Source: Vulcanimicrobiota bacterium
Lineage (GTDB): Bacteria; Vulcanimicrobiota; Vulcanimicrobiia; Vulcanimicrobiales; Vulcanimicrobiaceae
Length of the DNA: 64,000 bases
Assembly (NCBI GenBank): GCA_963845455.1
Contig: CAWJSM010000001.1
Span: forward strand, 56,302 to 120,301
Reading direction: 5' to 3'
The notes under the pieces are model-generated. The model did not search any database. It saw only the letters and a list, made by a program, of their open reading frames with translations, and was not told the DNA's origin. Position 1 is the first letter of the stretch. Each line of letters starts with the position of its first letter. The position numbers were made by a program, and so were the translations under genes. This document shows positions 1 to 9,551 of this stretch, piece by piece.

Positions 1-1065
1 GATGGGGCCGGACCGTTTATCCGCAACGCTTGGTACGTTGCGTTCTGGTCGGCTGATCTGCAAGCCGGCACTTTGCTCGCGCGTACGATTCTCGAGGAGC
101 CGATCGTTTTTTTCCGTGACGCGGCTGGAGACGTCGTCGGGCTGGAAGACATGTGCCCGCACCGGTTTGCACCGCTTTCGCGTGGGCATCTCGTTGAGGA
201 CGACATCCTCGAGTGCGGCTATCACGGATTGCGTTTCGATCGCACGGGCTCGTGCCTGTACAACCCGCACGGCGACCACAAGATACCGCCCACGGCGAAG
301 GCGCGGACGTACCGCGTCGTCGAGCGTTACTCACTGGCGTGGATTTGGATGGGAGCCGGCGATGGCGACACGGACGATATTCCCGACTACCATCTGCTCG
401 ACGACGCCGATCCGCTGCACATCAGCGTGCGCGACTACATGATGATCGACGCCGACTATGAGATCATCATCAACAATCTCCTCGACTTGAGCCACGTTCC
501 GTTTCTGCACGGCGGCGTGCTGAGCGGCTCCGTCGACGACGCCGTGGACGTCACGCAGATCGGCGATCACGTCATGATCTCGCGCTGGGCGTATGACGCA
601 GCCGTGCCGTCGCTCTTCGATGCGCTCTTTCGGGCCGACGGCAAGAACGTGGATAGCTGGACCGAGATGCACTGGATGCCGGTGGGGTGCATGATTCTCG
701 ATACGGGCGTACGCGCACCGGGGAGCGAGAAGGCGAGCGGCGCGGGCTACTTCGGGCTGCACTTGCTAACGCCCGAGAGCCGGCGCTCGACGCACTACCA
801 CTTTGCGGCGGTACGGTTCGGCGTTCAGCCGGGCTCGCGCGAAGACGATCTCGCGCTGCGCGAAACGATCTCGGCGGCGCGGCGGTTTGCGTTCGCCGAA
901 CAGGACAAGCCGATGATCGAAGCTCAGCAGGCGCGCATGGATAGCCGGCCCGGCCGCCGCCCGGCGCTGTTTTCCGTCGATGCCGGCGCAACGCGCGTGC
1001 AGCGCGTCCTGGCAAAGCTCCAGTCAAGCGAGGCTAGTGGCGGTCCCTCGACGACGCGCCCTTAG
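1..1065 (+). CDS. Rieske [2Fe-2S] non-heme-iron oxygenase alpha subunit, VanA/phthalate family (5' end off-window)
   Basis: Frame 1 is open from base 1 (..NAWYVAFWSADLQAG.. precedes the tracked TTG at 73). Rieske motif CPHRFAPLS..CGYHGLRF. VanA_C-like catalytic half (NLLDLSHVPFLH). TAG stop 1063-1065 lies in the loop of a REP hairpin. Confidence 0.85.
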   Translation, partial: DGAGPFIRNAWYVAFWSADLQAGTLLARTILEEPIVFFRDAAGDVVGLEDMCPHRFAPLSRGHLVEDDILECGYHGLRFDRTGSCLYNPHGDHKIPPTAKARTYRVVERYSLAWIWMGAGDGDTDDIPDYHLLDDADPLHISVRDYMMIDADYEIIINNLLDLSHVPFLHGGVLSGSVDDAVDVTQIGDHVMISRWAYDAAVPSLFDALFRADGKNVDSWTEMHWMPVGCMILDTGVRAPGSEKASGAGYFGLHLLTPESRRSTHYHFAAVRFGVQPGSREDDLALRETISAARRFAFAEQDKPMIEAQQARMDSRPGRRPALFSVDAGATRVQRVLAKLQSSEASGGPSTTRP

Positions 1066-1088
1066 GGCGCTTTGCTCGGGATGACGGG
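1037..1088 (+). repeat. REP-like palindromic repeat, copy 1 (long form)
   Basis: GTGGCGGTCCCTCGACGACGCGCCCTTAGGGCGCTTTGCTCGGGATGAC. Inner stem GCGCCC/GGGCGC. The loop TTAG (1062-1065) supplies TAG for the plus gene and TAA for the convergent minus gene. Confidence 0.85.
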
Positions 1089-1535
1089 GCGTTCGCGGGC
1101 GGGGGCGTGGAGCACCCAGAGCGGGACGGTGTTTTCGCTCAGGATCTCACGCAGGTTGTTGGCGACCTGGCTATCGGGTCTGACGCTTCCGACTACGAGG
1201 AAGACGATGTCGGCGCGCAGCTCGGCAACGGCTTTTCTTATGGCCGGCACGGTGTCGGCATCGACGATGGAGACGTGGACCGTCTCGGCCGTCGGCAGGA
1301 TTGCTTTGCGCAAGCGCTCGCCGTATTCCGTCGAGATCTCGGCCGCCGCGCGATGCAGATCGCTGGTGACGATTTGGCGTTCGAGGATATCGCGCCACAT
1401 GGCGCTATCGCGCTGCGGCCACACGAGCATCATGATCTCGACGTGCGAGAGCGCCTGTGCTCGAAACAAGGGGACGACCTGTTGCAGCGCCGCCATCGCG
1501 CGGCCCGAACCGTCCCACAGGCAAATTGCTCTCAT
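1062..1535 (-). CDS. universal stress protein (UspA) family
   Basis: 157-aa ORF. N-terminal ..ICLWDGSGRAMAALQQV.. and C-terminal ..DIVFLVVGS..VANNLREILSENTVPLWVL.. match the USP alpha/beta pattern. The last residues (..VIPSKAP) are REP-encoded. Confidence 0.65.
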   Translation of the reverse strand: MRAICLWDGSGRAMAALQQVVPLFRAQALSHVEIMMLVWPQRDSAMWRDILERQIVTSDLHRAAAEISTEYGERLRKAILPTAETVHVSIVDADTVPAIRKAVAELRADIVFLVVGSVRPDSQVANNLREILSENTVPLWVLHAPARERPVIPSKAP

Positions 1536-1595
1536 TGGGAGAGTATACCCGAGCGGTGCGGCTTATACGAGCAGCCGCTGGGGTAAACGCCGATA

Positions 1596-2827
1596 GTGAA
1601 CCCGATGGCCCCAGCCCGCGGATACCTGTGGCGAATCTTGACGCTGCTGGTGGCCGCACAAACAATCGCCTATGTCGACCGCGTCAATTTGTCCGTCGCG
1701 GGTCCCGTGCTCATTCGAGACTTCGGCTACACCGCGGCGAGTCTCGGCGTGCTCTTCTCGATCTTCAACTGGGTCTTCACCGTCGCGATTCTTTTCGCGG
1801 GACCGTTCGTCGATCGGGTGCGCCCGCGCATTGCATACGGGGCGGGCGTGACGGCGTGGTCGGTCGGGACGATCCTCTGCGGCGTGACGACGGCCTTCGC
1901 GCCGCTGGCGGCATTTCGCGCGCTCGTCGGCATCGGCGAGGGACCGATGATTCCGGCCGGCCAGCGCGTGATCCGTGAATCGTTTCCGGTGAGCGAACGA
2001 ACCCGGGCGGTCGGAGCGTTTTTCGCCGGCAACAAGATCGGCCTCGCACTCGGCATTCCCTTCGCCGCGATCATCTTGCACGCGCTGGGGTTGCCGTGGG
2101 TGTTTTACCTGACCGGCTTGCTCGGCGTTGTTTGGGTCGTGCTGTTTCTCGCCGTGTACCGCCCGCGGGTTTGCCCGGCACGCGCGAGCCGTTCGCGTGG
2201 GCGCAGTTGCTGCGCTATCGCACGACGTGGGGCATGATGCTCGGGAACGCCGGCTATCTCTACATCTATTACGTCTTTGCGACGTGGCTGCCGGGCTATC
2301 TCGTTCTTCAGCGGCATCTCTCGATCTTGAACAGCGGCTTCGTCGGGATGCTGCCGTTCGTCGTCGGCTTCTTCGTCACGATCATCGGCGGCTGGTTGGG
2401 CGACGCGCTGATCGCGCGGGGCATGCGCGTCACGATCGCGCGCAAGAGCATCTCGATCGCGGGCCTCATCGCGGCAACGATTTTCACGATCTACGGGGCG
2501 TTTGCCGCCGGTACGTTTGCGGCGGTTACTTCGTTGACGCTGGCGGTGGCGGGGTTCAGTTTTTCAACGGCGGCGCTTCAGGCGATTCCGGTGGACATCG
2601 CGCCGCCGAAGCTCGTCGGATCGCTCGCGGCTTTGCATAACTTCGGCGGAAATGTCGGCGGGTCGTTCGCGCCGATCGTCACGGGGATTTTGGTCACGAG
2701 CAGCGGCAGCTTTCTCGTGCCGCTGCTCGTCGCCGCCGGGGTCGCGCTCATCCTGGGCTGTCTGCCGATCGCGTTTTTGATCGGCAATATCGATCACGAA
2801 TTGGGAATGTCCGGCGAGCCCTTGTAG
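1596..2827 (+). pseudogene. MFS transporter, anion:cation symporter/phthalate-permease type (one frame change as assembled)
   Basis: ORFs 1596-2237 and 2096-2827 are the N and C halves of one 12-TM MFS (..FRALVGIGEGPMIPAGQ.. ; ..LHNFGGNVGGSFAPIVTG..). Joining them needs a frame change near 2165-2185. Confidence 0.8.
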
Positions 2828-2947
2828 GCCGGATGACGTGCAGCTGTCTTTGGGTGGGGCGCCTTTCTAAAAGCGGAGTCAATAGTACCACGATTGAATA
2901 GCGATACTAGTGATTGCTTCGAAGCTCGGAAATCGAACCCTGTAGCC

Positions 2948-3365
2948 ATGCTCTCGCCTGAAGAGAACGATCTTCTCACGCGCGTCGAGGGCGACGCACC
3001 GATGGGGCAAATGATGCGCCGCTATTGGCTACCTGCGGCGCTAGCTGAAGAAGTCGCCGAGGCGGACGGAACGCCTGTTCGCGTGCGCATGTTCGGTGAG
3101 AACCTCGTCCTCTTTCGCGACACGGATCAGCATCTCGGCCTCATTGAGGAACTGTGTGCCCACCGCTGTGCTTCGCTCGCGCTAGTGCGCAGGAAGACGG
3201 GGGGTTGCGCTGCGTCTACCATGGCTGGAAGTTTGATGTCGCCGGCCGGTGCGTTCAGACACGCCCACGGAGCCGGACGACTTCGGCTACCGTGATCGCG
3301 TGCGCTTGCGGTCGTACCCCGTGCGTGAAGCCGGAGGCTTCGTCTGGGCCTACTCGGCCGGTCCC
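2948..3365 (+). pseudogene. phthalate 4,5-dioxygenase-like Rieske oxygenase, N-terminal remnant only
   Basis: ATG 2948: MLSPEENDLLTRVEGDAPMGQMMRRYWLPAAL..CAHRCASLAL / ..EDGGLRCVYHGWKFDVAGRCVQT / PTEPDDFGYRDRVRLRSYPVREAGGFVWAY, spread over three frames (shifts near 3185 and 3262). Homology stops at a REP copy and the catalytic C-terminal domain is absent. Confidence 0.75.
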
Positions 3366-3409
3366 TCGACGGCGCGCCCGTTGGGCGCTTTGCTCGGGAT
3401 GACAGGGGG
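3357..3409 (+). repeat. REP-like palindromic repeat, copy 2 (long form)
   Basis: CGGCCGGTCCCTCGACGGCGCGCCCGTTGGGCGCTTTGCTCGGGATGACAGGGGG. It directly replaces the 3' part of the Rieske remnant. Confidence 0.85.
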
Positions 3410-3426
3410 CGCTTGCGGGCGAATGT

Positions 3427-4417
3427 TTGGGGATGGAGCTTTTGAACGAGCGGAAGACTGGTGTCGAGGGGCTGCCGCGGCTTCGCTTGCCGCTGAATGT
3501 TGCGTTTTGCGATTACGATCGTACGCGACCGCTTTCTGACGGCACGGTTACGGTGCCTGGGATTTCGCCGACGTATTCGCTGGCTGAGGGCGGCGAGTTT
3601 TGTTTGCGGCCGGTGTACCTTGATTTCGACGTTACGGAGATGTCGTTCTCGTGGTACATCATGGCGCGCGATCGTGGGGAGCCGGTGTGGGCGTTGCCGA
3701 TCTTTCCGTTGCGCATGCCGCCGCTCTCGCATATCTACGTTCGCAGCGACTCGCCGTATCAGACGCCGGCCGATCTCAAAGGCCGCCGGATCGGGAGCGA
3801 AGCGTATCGGCTGACCGTGAACCTTTGGTTGCGCGGGATTTGCAGCGATCGTTATGGGCTCAAGCCGCAAGACTGTCGAGTGGTTCTCGAGCCTTGAGGA
3901 TGAGGGCGCTGGATTTGTCTTTCCCGATGATGTGAAGGTTCACATGAATCAGGGCGATCCGGGCGAGATGCTGCTCGAAGGGCGCGTCGATGCGCTGTTC
4001 TTGCCGAACGCTCCGCCGCAGTTCAATGCCGGCGACACGCGGATCCGGCGCATCTTTGCGGATCATATCGCCGAGGGTGAGGCGCACATTCGTACAATCG
4101 GGTGTGCACCGATGACGCATGTTGTTGTGGTGCACGAGGATCTGCTCGAGCGTGAGCCGTGGATCGTCGGCAGCTGGGTTGAGGCGTTTCGCTCGGCGCA
4201 GGCGCTCGTGGATAAGGCGTATCTCAAGCCGAAGTTTTTGAGTGTGTTTGGCGGGATTGAGGCGCTCGAGCGGCAGCGGCGGTTGTTGGGGCCGACGATG
4301 TACACGCATGGGCTCGATGGGAATCGCGATGGGATTGCGGCGTTTGCGCGTTATGGGTACGAGCAGGGGTATACGAAGCGGCATCTCAGCGTTGATGAGT
4401 TGTTCGCTGCGATTTAG
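3427..4417 (+). pseudogene. 4,5-dihydroxyphthalate decarboxylase-like (PhtD / NMT1-fold family) protein (one frame change)
   Basis: ORFs 3427-3897 and 3854-4417 join near 3878 (..RYGLKPQD|VEWFSSLEDEG..). N-terminal ..NVAFCDYDRTRPLSDGTVTV.. and C-terminal ..YGYEQGYTKRHLSVDELF.. are typical of this family. The exact start is uncertain. Confidence 0.6.
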
Positions 4418-4436
4418 GGGCTAGCGGGGGCGGTTG

Positions 4437-4488
4437 GGGCGGTCCCTCGACGACGCGCCCTTTGGGCGCTTTGCTCGGGATGACAGGG
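4437..4488 (+). repeat. REP-like palindromic repeat, copy 3 (long form)
   Basis: GGGGCGGTCCCTCGACGACGCGCCCTTTGGGCGCTTTGCTCGGGATGACAGGGG, between convergent genes. Confidence 0.85.
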
Positions 4489-4523
4489 GCTCTTTTAAAC
4501 GCTTCCTTTTTCTCGAGCTGCGC

Positions 4524-5612
4524 CTAGCTTAGCAGCGTGCACATTTGCGAGTGGATGCGGACTGATACGGTTGTGCCGGCGGGTGGGGCGTTGGCGGTGG
4601 TTACTTTGGCGATTAGGAGGGTGTCGTTTATGCGGATGATCAGTTCCGTCGCGTCGCCGATGAAGGCTACGCCTTCGACTGTGCCGGTTATGGGGCTGGT
4701 GGCTGGTGCGATAATGGATAGGGATTCGGGTTGTACGGCTAGGGTGGCGCGTTCGCCGGTGGTGCGCGGGCGTTCGGTGTAGCATTCGACGATGCCGTAG
4801 GGGGTGGAGACGGAGACCCGTTGGGGCGAACCGTTGATGCCGGTCGCGATGACTTCGGCGGGGATGAGGTTCGCGCGGCCGACGAAGCCGGCGACGAATT
4901 CGGTGCGCGGGCGGTCGTAGAGATCGCGCGGGCTCGAGATTTGCATGAAGCGGCCGTCGTCCATTACTGCGACGACGTCGGCTAGGCTTAGGGCTTCGGC
5001 TTGTTCGTGCGTTACGAGGATCGTCGTTACGCCGAGGCGTTTCGTCAGCGCGCGCAGCTCGAAGCGCATCTCTTCGCGCAAGCGCGCGTCGAGATTGCTC
5101 AGCGGTTCGTCGAGCAGCAGTACCTTCGGGTCGGAAATCAGGGCGCGCGCGAGGGCCAAGCGCTGCTGCTGGCCGCCGCTCAGCGCGGGTGCGGGGCGAT
5201 CGGCTAATGCGTCGAGATGCACGAGGCGTAGGACCTCGGCCGTGCGTTCGCGGACTTGGGTCGCGTTGAGTTCGGGGCGGCGGTAGCGCAGCGGGAAGGC
5301 GGCGTTTTGCGCGACCGTCATGTGCGGCCAGATCGCGTATGACTGGAACACCATGCCGATGTCGCGCATGCGGGCCGGCACGTTCACCTGCCGCGTTGCG
5401 GAGTATACGGTCTCGCCGTCGATTGCGATTGTGCCGCTCTCGGGTTCCGTCAACCCGGCGATGCAGCGCAGCAGCGTCGTTTTTCCGCAGCCGCTCGGTC
5501 CGAGCAGCGCCAGGAATTCTCCGGCGGCAACTTCGACGCTGACGCCGCGCAGCGCCGCGTGCGTGGTCGCGCCGTCGCGGTAGACTTGCTGCAGATCGGT
5601 AATCGAGATCAT
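4524..5612 (-). CDS. ABC transporter ATP-binding protein (PotA/FbpC type with C-terminal TOBE-like domain)
   Basis: Start moved to ATG 5612 (MISITDLQQVY..). Walker [10 protein letters not shown], signature LSGGQQQRLALARAL, Walker B LLLDEPLS. 4-bp overlap with the upstream permease stop. The tracked 5' extension to 5846 is an Arg-rich shadow. Confidence 0.88.
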   Translation of the reverse strand: MISITDLQQVYRDGATTHAALRGVSVEVAAGEFLALLGPSGCGKTTLLRCIAGLTEPESGTIAIDGETVYSATRQVNVPARMRDIGMVFQSYAIWPHMTVAQNAAFPLRYRRPELNATQVRERTAEVLRLVHLDALADRPAPALSGGQQQRLALARALISDPKVLLLDEPLSNLDARLREEMRFELRALTKRLGVTTILVTHEQAEALSLADVVAVMDDGRFMQISSPRDLYDRPRTEFVAGFVGRANLIPAEVIATGINGSPQRVSVSTPYGIVECYTERPRTTGERATLAVQPESLSIIAPATSPITGTVEGVAFIGDATELIIRINDTLLIAKVTTANAPPAGTTVSVRIHSQMCTLLS

Positions 5613-7332
5613 ACCGGGCTCCCGACGGTGGCGCTGGAACGGCGCGTGCGGTTGAGCAGAAAGCTGTACCCGACGATGAGCGGCGAGAGGCAGATGAGGT
5701 AACACACCGTGGCGGCGGCGCCGCGGGTGAGGCCGCCGTTGAGCCACGTAATCCACACGAATGCGGGGACGGTCGTGTTTCCCGGCGTCGTCAGCAACAC
5801 GGCGAGCGTGAGTTCGCGGCCGGCGAGGATCACCAGATACACCCACGCGAGCGAGAGCGTGCGCGCGATCAGCGGGAGCACGATCGTCCGCACCGTCGCC
5901 CAGGTATTCGCGCCGCTCACGTTCGCCGATTCCTCGAGTTCGCGCGAGAGTTGCAGCAACCCCGAATTCGTCATGCGCGTTCCGTAACTCACCCAGCTGA
6001 CGCTATATGCCAGCACGATGATCCAAATCGTGCCATAGAGTTGGACGACATGGTTGAGGCCGTAGAGCGAGAGCAGAATCACGCCGACGGCCATGATGAC
6101 GCTCGGGACGGCGTGCGGCAAGAATGCGATGCCGTCGAGCAGGGCGCGCCCGCGCAGCTGCGTGCGAAAGCCGATCCAGGAGAAGGCGAAGCTGAAGACG
6201 AGGACGATCGGCGGCACGACGAGCATCAAGAGCGCGCTGTTGGCGAGCCCGCTGAAGAACGCGTCGCCGAAGATCGCGTTGTAGTTGGCGAGGTTCGCGA
6301 TGTGCAGCGCCGTCGCCGAGAGCGGCTGCACGAACGGCAGAAACGATTCCCAGAGCACGACGGCCAGCGGAAGCAAGATGCCGATGATGAGGTAGCCGGC
6401 GACGAACGCGTAGGCCGGCAACGCCCAGCGCCCGAGCGCGAGCTGCGTCGTCTGATAGCCTTTGCCCGAGACGACCGCGAAGCGTTTCGTGTCGAGCGAG
6501 AGGTAGCGCGACCAGACCGTCAGCAGCAGTGCGGCGCCCAGCACGGCGACGCTCAACGCGCCGGCGCGTCCGTAATCGGGCAAGCCCGCTTGCGGGTTCG
6601 TCGTGAGGTAGACGTAGGTGCTGAAGGTGAAGATGCGGTTGCCCCAGCCGATGATGGCGGGAACGTCGAACGTGCCGAACGCGATGATGAACACGTAGAT
6701 CGCGGACGACACGAGTGCCGGCCGGATCAGCGGCAGTACGATGCGGCGAATCGCGGCGATGTCGGGCGCGCCGGCGATCGATGCGGCCTCTTCCAACCGG
6801 TAGTCGAGCGAGCGCAGCGCGGCGCTGACCATCAGAAACGCAACCGGCGCGAGCTGGAAGCCCATGATGATGCCCATGCCGGTGATCGTGACGACGTTGA
6901 GCACCGGGTGCGAGGGGCCGAAGGCCGCGGCGGAGAGGCGGTTGATCAGGCCGATCTGCGGATGCAGCAAGAAGAGCCAGCCCATCGCGATCGCGAAGCC
7001 CGGCACGAGCATCGACACGAGCATGATGCTCACGATTGCGGCCTTGCCGCTGCACCTTCGTGCGTTCGACGAGCCACGCGATCGGCAGCGCGAAGAAGAA
7101 GGCGACCACCGTTGCGATCGCCGCGAGCTCGATCGAGTTGAGGAGGATGCGGACGACGGCGGGGGTGACGAGGCTTGGCGTAGTTGGCGCTCGATGAGAG
7201 ACTTTGCGCTACGAGGATCGCGAGCAGGCAGAGGATCAGCGCGGAGCCGATCGCGACCAGGACGCCCGTCGCGACGACGAATGAACGATCGCCGCCGCGC
7301 TTCCGCGAACGTGGCAATACCGCGTCTTTCAT
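5609..7332 (-). pseudogene. two-domain ABC importer permease (FbpB/ThiP-like) (two frame changes near the 5' end)
   Basis: The body of ORF 5609-7354 has two permease domains. The N-terminus MKDAVLPRSRK..SFVVATGVLVAIGSALILCLLAILVAQSL (ATG 7332) and ..ILLNSIELAAIATVVAFFFALPIAWLVERTK lie in the other two frames, with shifts near 7185 and 7045. Confidence 0.8.
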
Positions 7333-7359
7333 TACCGTTGGCTCGGTTTGGCAAGGATC

Positions 7360-7392
7360 GTGGCGGTCCCTCGACAAGCTCGGGATGACATA
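7360..7392 (+). repeat. REP-like repeat, copy 4 (short form lacking the inner hairpin)
   Basis: GTGGCGGTCCCTCGAC-AAG-CTCGGGATGACATACC. It has the same flanks as the long form but the central GACGCGCCC..GGGCGCTTTG is missing. It sits in a divergent promoter region. Confidence 0.75.
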
Positions 7393-7416
7393 CCGGTCGT
7401 CAGGAGGTCGGCATGG

Positions 7417-8517
7417 GTGTTTTCGTGGGTTCGCGGATTTGCTGCGGTTGTTGTTTGCGGGATGCTTGCGGCGTTTTTGACGGCGTCTGCGGTGCAGGCG
7501 CAATCGGGGGCGCAGCTTGGCAAGAATCTCAATGAGATTATTGCTGGTGCGGCGCGCGAGGGGACGATCGATCTTACGTGGAGCGCGTCGGTGATGGGCG
7601 ATGCCGATGTTGCGCGGCGGCATATGGACGCGTTCAACAAGCTCTGGGGTTTGCACCTGACCTATCGCTTTGCCGCCGGACCTGAAATGGCGCGGCAAGG
7701 GAATCAGCTTTTTACCGAGTTCAGCGCTGGGCAACCGTCGTCGAGTGACATTCTGTTTTCTTCCGCGCAGTCGCTCGCGCCGCTGTTGCCGCACGACATG
7801 TTCTACATCGTGCCGTGGCCGTCGCTCGCGCGCGATCATCGCATCACGCCCGCGTTCATCGAAGGCGGCGGACGGATCATTCGCACGGGAACGTCGATTC
7901 CGGTGGTGGTGTACAATCCGACGCTGATGCCGCATCCGCCGTCGACGATCCAAGGCTTGCTGACGCCGCAATGGACCGGTAAGCTCGCGACGCCGCCGAA
8001 CGCGTCGGGCTTCGACGTGCTCTCGGCGACCGATTTCTGGGGCCAAGCGAAAGCGCTCGACGCGGTGCGCAAGCTCGTCTCACTGCAGGCCGGTCTCGTG
8101 CGGTGCGGTGACGACGATCGCATCGCCAGCGGCGAGTACGCGGCGTTCGTCGAGGACTGCTCGAGCCAAGGGCCGCGCTTGCTCAAGGAAAAGGGCGCGC
8201 CCGTCAACTTCTACGTCCCGAGCGACGGCGCGCAGATCCGCTACTACTACTTGGCGATTCCGAAGAACACGCCGCACCCCAATGCCGCGGTGCTGTTCGT
8301 GCTCTACATGTTGAGCCAGCCCGGGCAGGCGCTGTTTTACGACGCGATGCGCATGGACAACGACATGCTTCCCGGCTCGAAGACGAGTCAGTTCCTCGAG
8401 CCGTACCGGCGCAGCGGGGTGAAGTTCACCACGATCGACATGAATTGGTGGTCGGCGCACCCCGAGGCGCTCGAAGGGCAGAAGAAAGAAGTCGAGATTC
8501 TCTCCGCTTCGCGGTAA
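7417..8517 (+). CDS. ABC transporter periplasmic solute-binding protein (family 1, Fe(III)/polyamine type)
   Basis: I prefer GTG 7417, 9 nt after AGGAGG (7402-7407). Signal peptide VFSWVRGFAAVVVCGMLAAFLTASAVQA. The tracked start 7348 reads through the REP copy. Divergent from the cognate permease and ATPase. Confidence 0.75.
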   Translation: MFSWVRGFAAVVVCGMLAAFLTASAVQAQSGAQLGKNLNEIIAGAAREGTIDLTWSASVMGDADVARRHMDAFNKLWGLHLTYRFAAGPEMARQGNQLFTEFSAGQPSSSDILFSSAQSLAPLLPHDMFYIVPWPSLARDHRITPAFIEGGGRIIRTGTSIPVVVYNPTLMPHPPSTIQGLLTPQWTGKLATPPNASGFDVLSATDFWGQAKALDAVRKLVSLQAGLVRCGDDDRIASGEYAAFVEDCSSQGPRLLKEKGAPVNFYVPSDGAQIRYYYLAIPKNTPHPNAAVLFVLYMLSQPGQALFYDAMRMDNDMLPGSKTSQFLEPYRRSGVKFTTIDMNWWSAHPEALEGQKKEVEILSASR

Positions 8518-8520
8518 CGG

Positions 8521-9475
8521 TTAGTTCGGGCGCAGCGGTTTCGTGATGGATGCGTCGAGTGCGATCACGATTTTGCCATGGGCTTTGCGCCGGGCGAGTT
8601 CGGTATACGCGTCTTTCACCATCGCGAACGGGTAAATTGCCTCCAGGGGCATCTTGATGTCGCCCCATGCAATCGGGTTTGCAACGGATGCCAGAACCTC
8701 GCGCGTGTTCGCGGCTCCCGAACCGTCCGTCTTCGCGCCAACCTTTTGTGCGCCGGCGAAATCGATGATCGTATTGATGCGTGCGGGCGGAACGCCGAGT
8801 GATACGGCGAGGTCGATGTAGCCGTCACCGAAGAGGTCGATGAACGCGGTAATCCCGTTCGGGGCGGCGGCCCGCAAACGGTCGGCCAAGACCGTCGCCG
8901 TACGCGACGGGTTCGACCCCGACCGAACGCAGAAACGCCGCGCTCTCGTTGCTGGCAATGCCGATCACGCGCGCGCCGGTGCGTTGCGCGAGCTGCACGG
9001 CGATGGAGCCGACGCCGCCCGCTGCACCGCTGACGGCCACGGTGTCGCCCGGCTTCAACGCGACGGCGTGCACCGCGGCGACGGCGGTCGATGCGACGAC
9101 CTTCAAGCTGCCGGCGCGGTACCAGTCGAGGGCGGGCGGCTTCGCGATGAGTTGTGAGGTGGGAACCGCAACGTACTCCGCCTGCGCGGCGCGCAGCTCG
9201 GACCATCCCATGACCGCGTCGCCCGGTGCAAACTCCGTCACGCCGGCACCGGCGGAATCGACGCGTCCGGAAAAATCAGAGCCTTGCCCGAACGGAAACT
9301 CCATCGGATACATATCCTTGAGGTAGCCTTCGCGTATCGAGATTTCGCCGGGGTTCGTGCCCGCGGCGATCACGCGCACGACGACCTCGCCCGCTTGGGG
9401 TTCCGGTTTTGCGACGTCGACGATCTTCACTTGGTCGAGTCCGCCATAGGCGGAGAGCTGCACTGCTTTCGGCAT
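8521..9475 (-). pseudogene. NADPH:quinone oxidoreductase / zinc-type MDR dehydrogenase (one frame change)
   Basis: ATG 9475 (MPKAVQLSAYGG..). Nucleotide-binding GAAGGVGS. ORFs 8825-9502 and 8521-8958 join near 8888 (..VAYGDGL|ADRLRAAAPNGITAFIDLFG..). Confidence 0.8.
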
Positions 9476-9551
9476 AATGGGGTGCCCTTCTGGAGGGGAC
9501 ATGGGTTTCCGTGCGCGATAGGAGCGACTATTCGCCCTGGAGGGAGTTCAC

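Noticed and set aside
2860-2947. Lower-GC leader with the weak inverted repeat TCAAT..ATTGA upstream of the Rieske remnant, as a possible operator
   Set aside because: The arms are only 4-5 bp with mismatched interiors, which is indistinguishable from chance.
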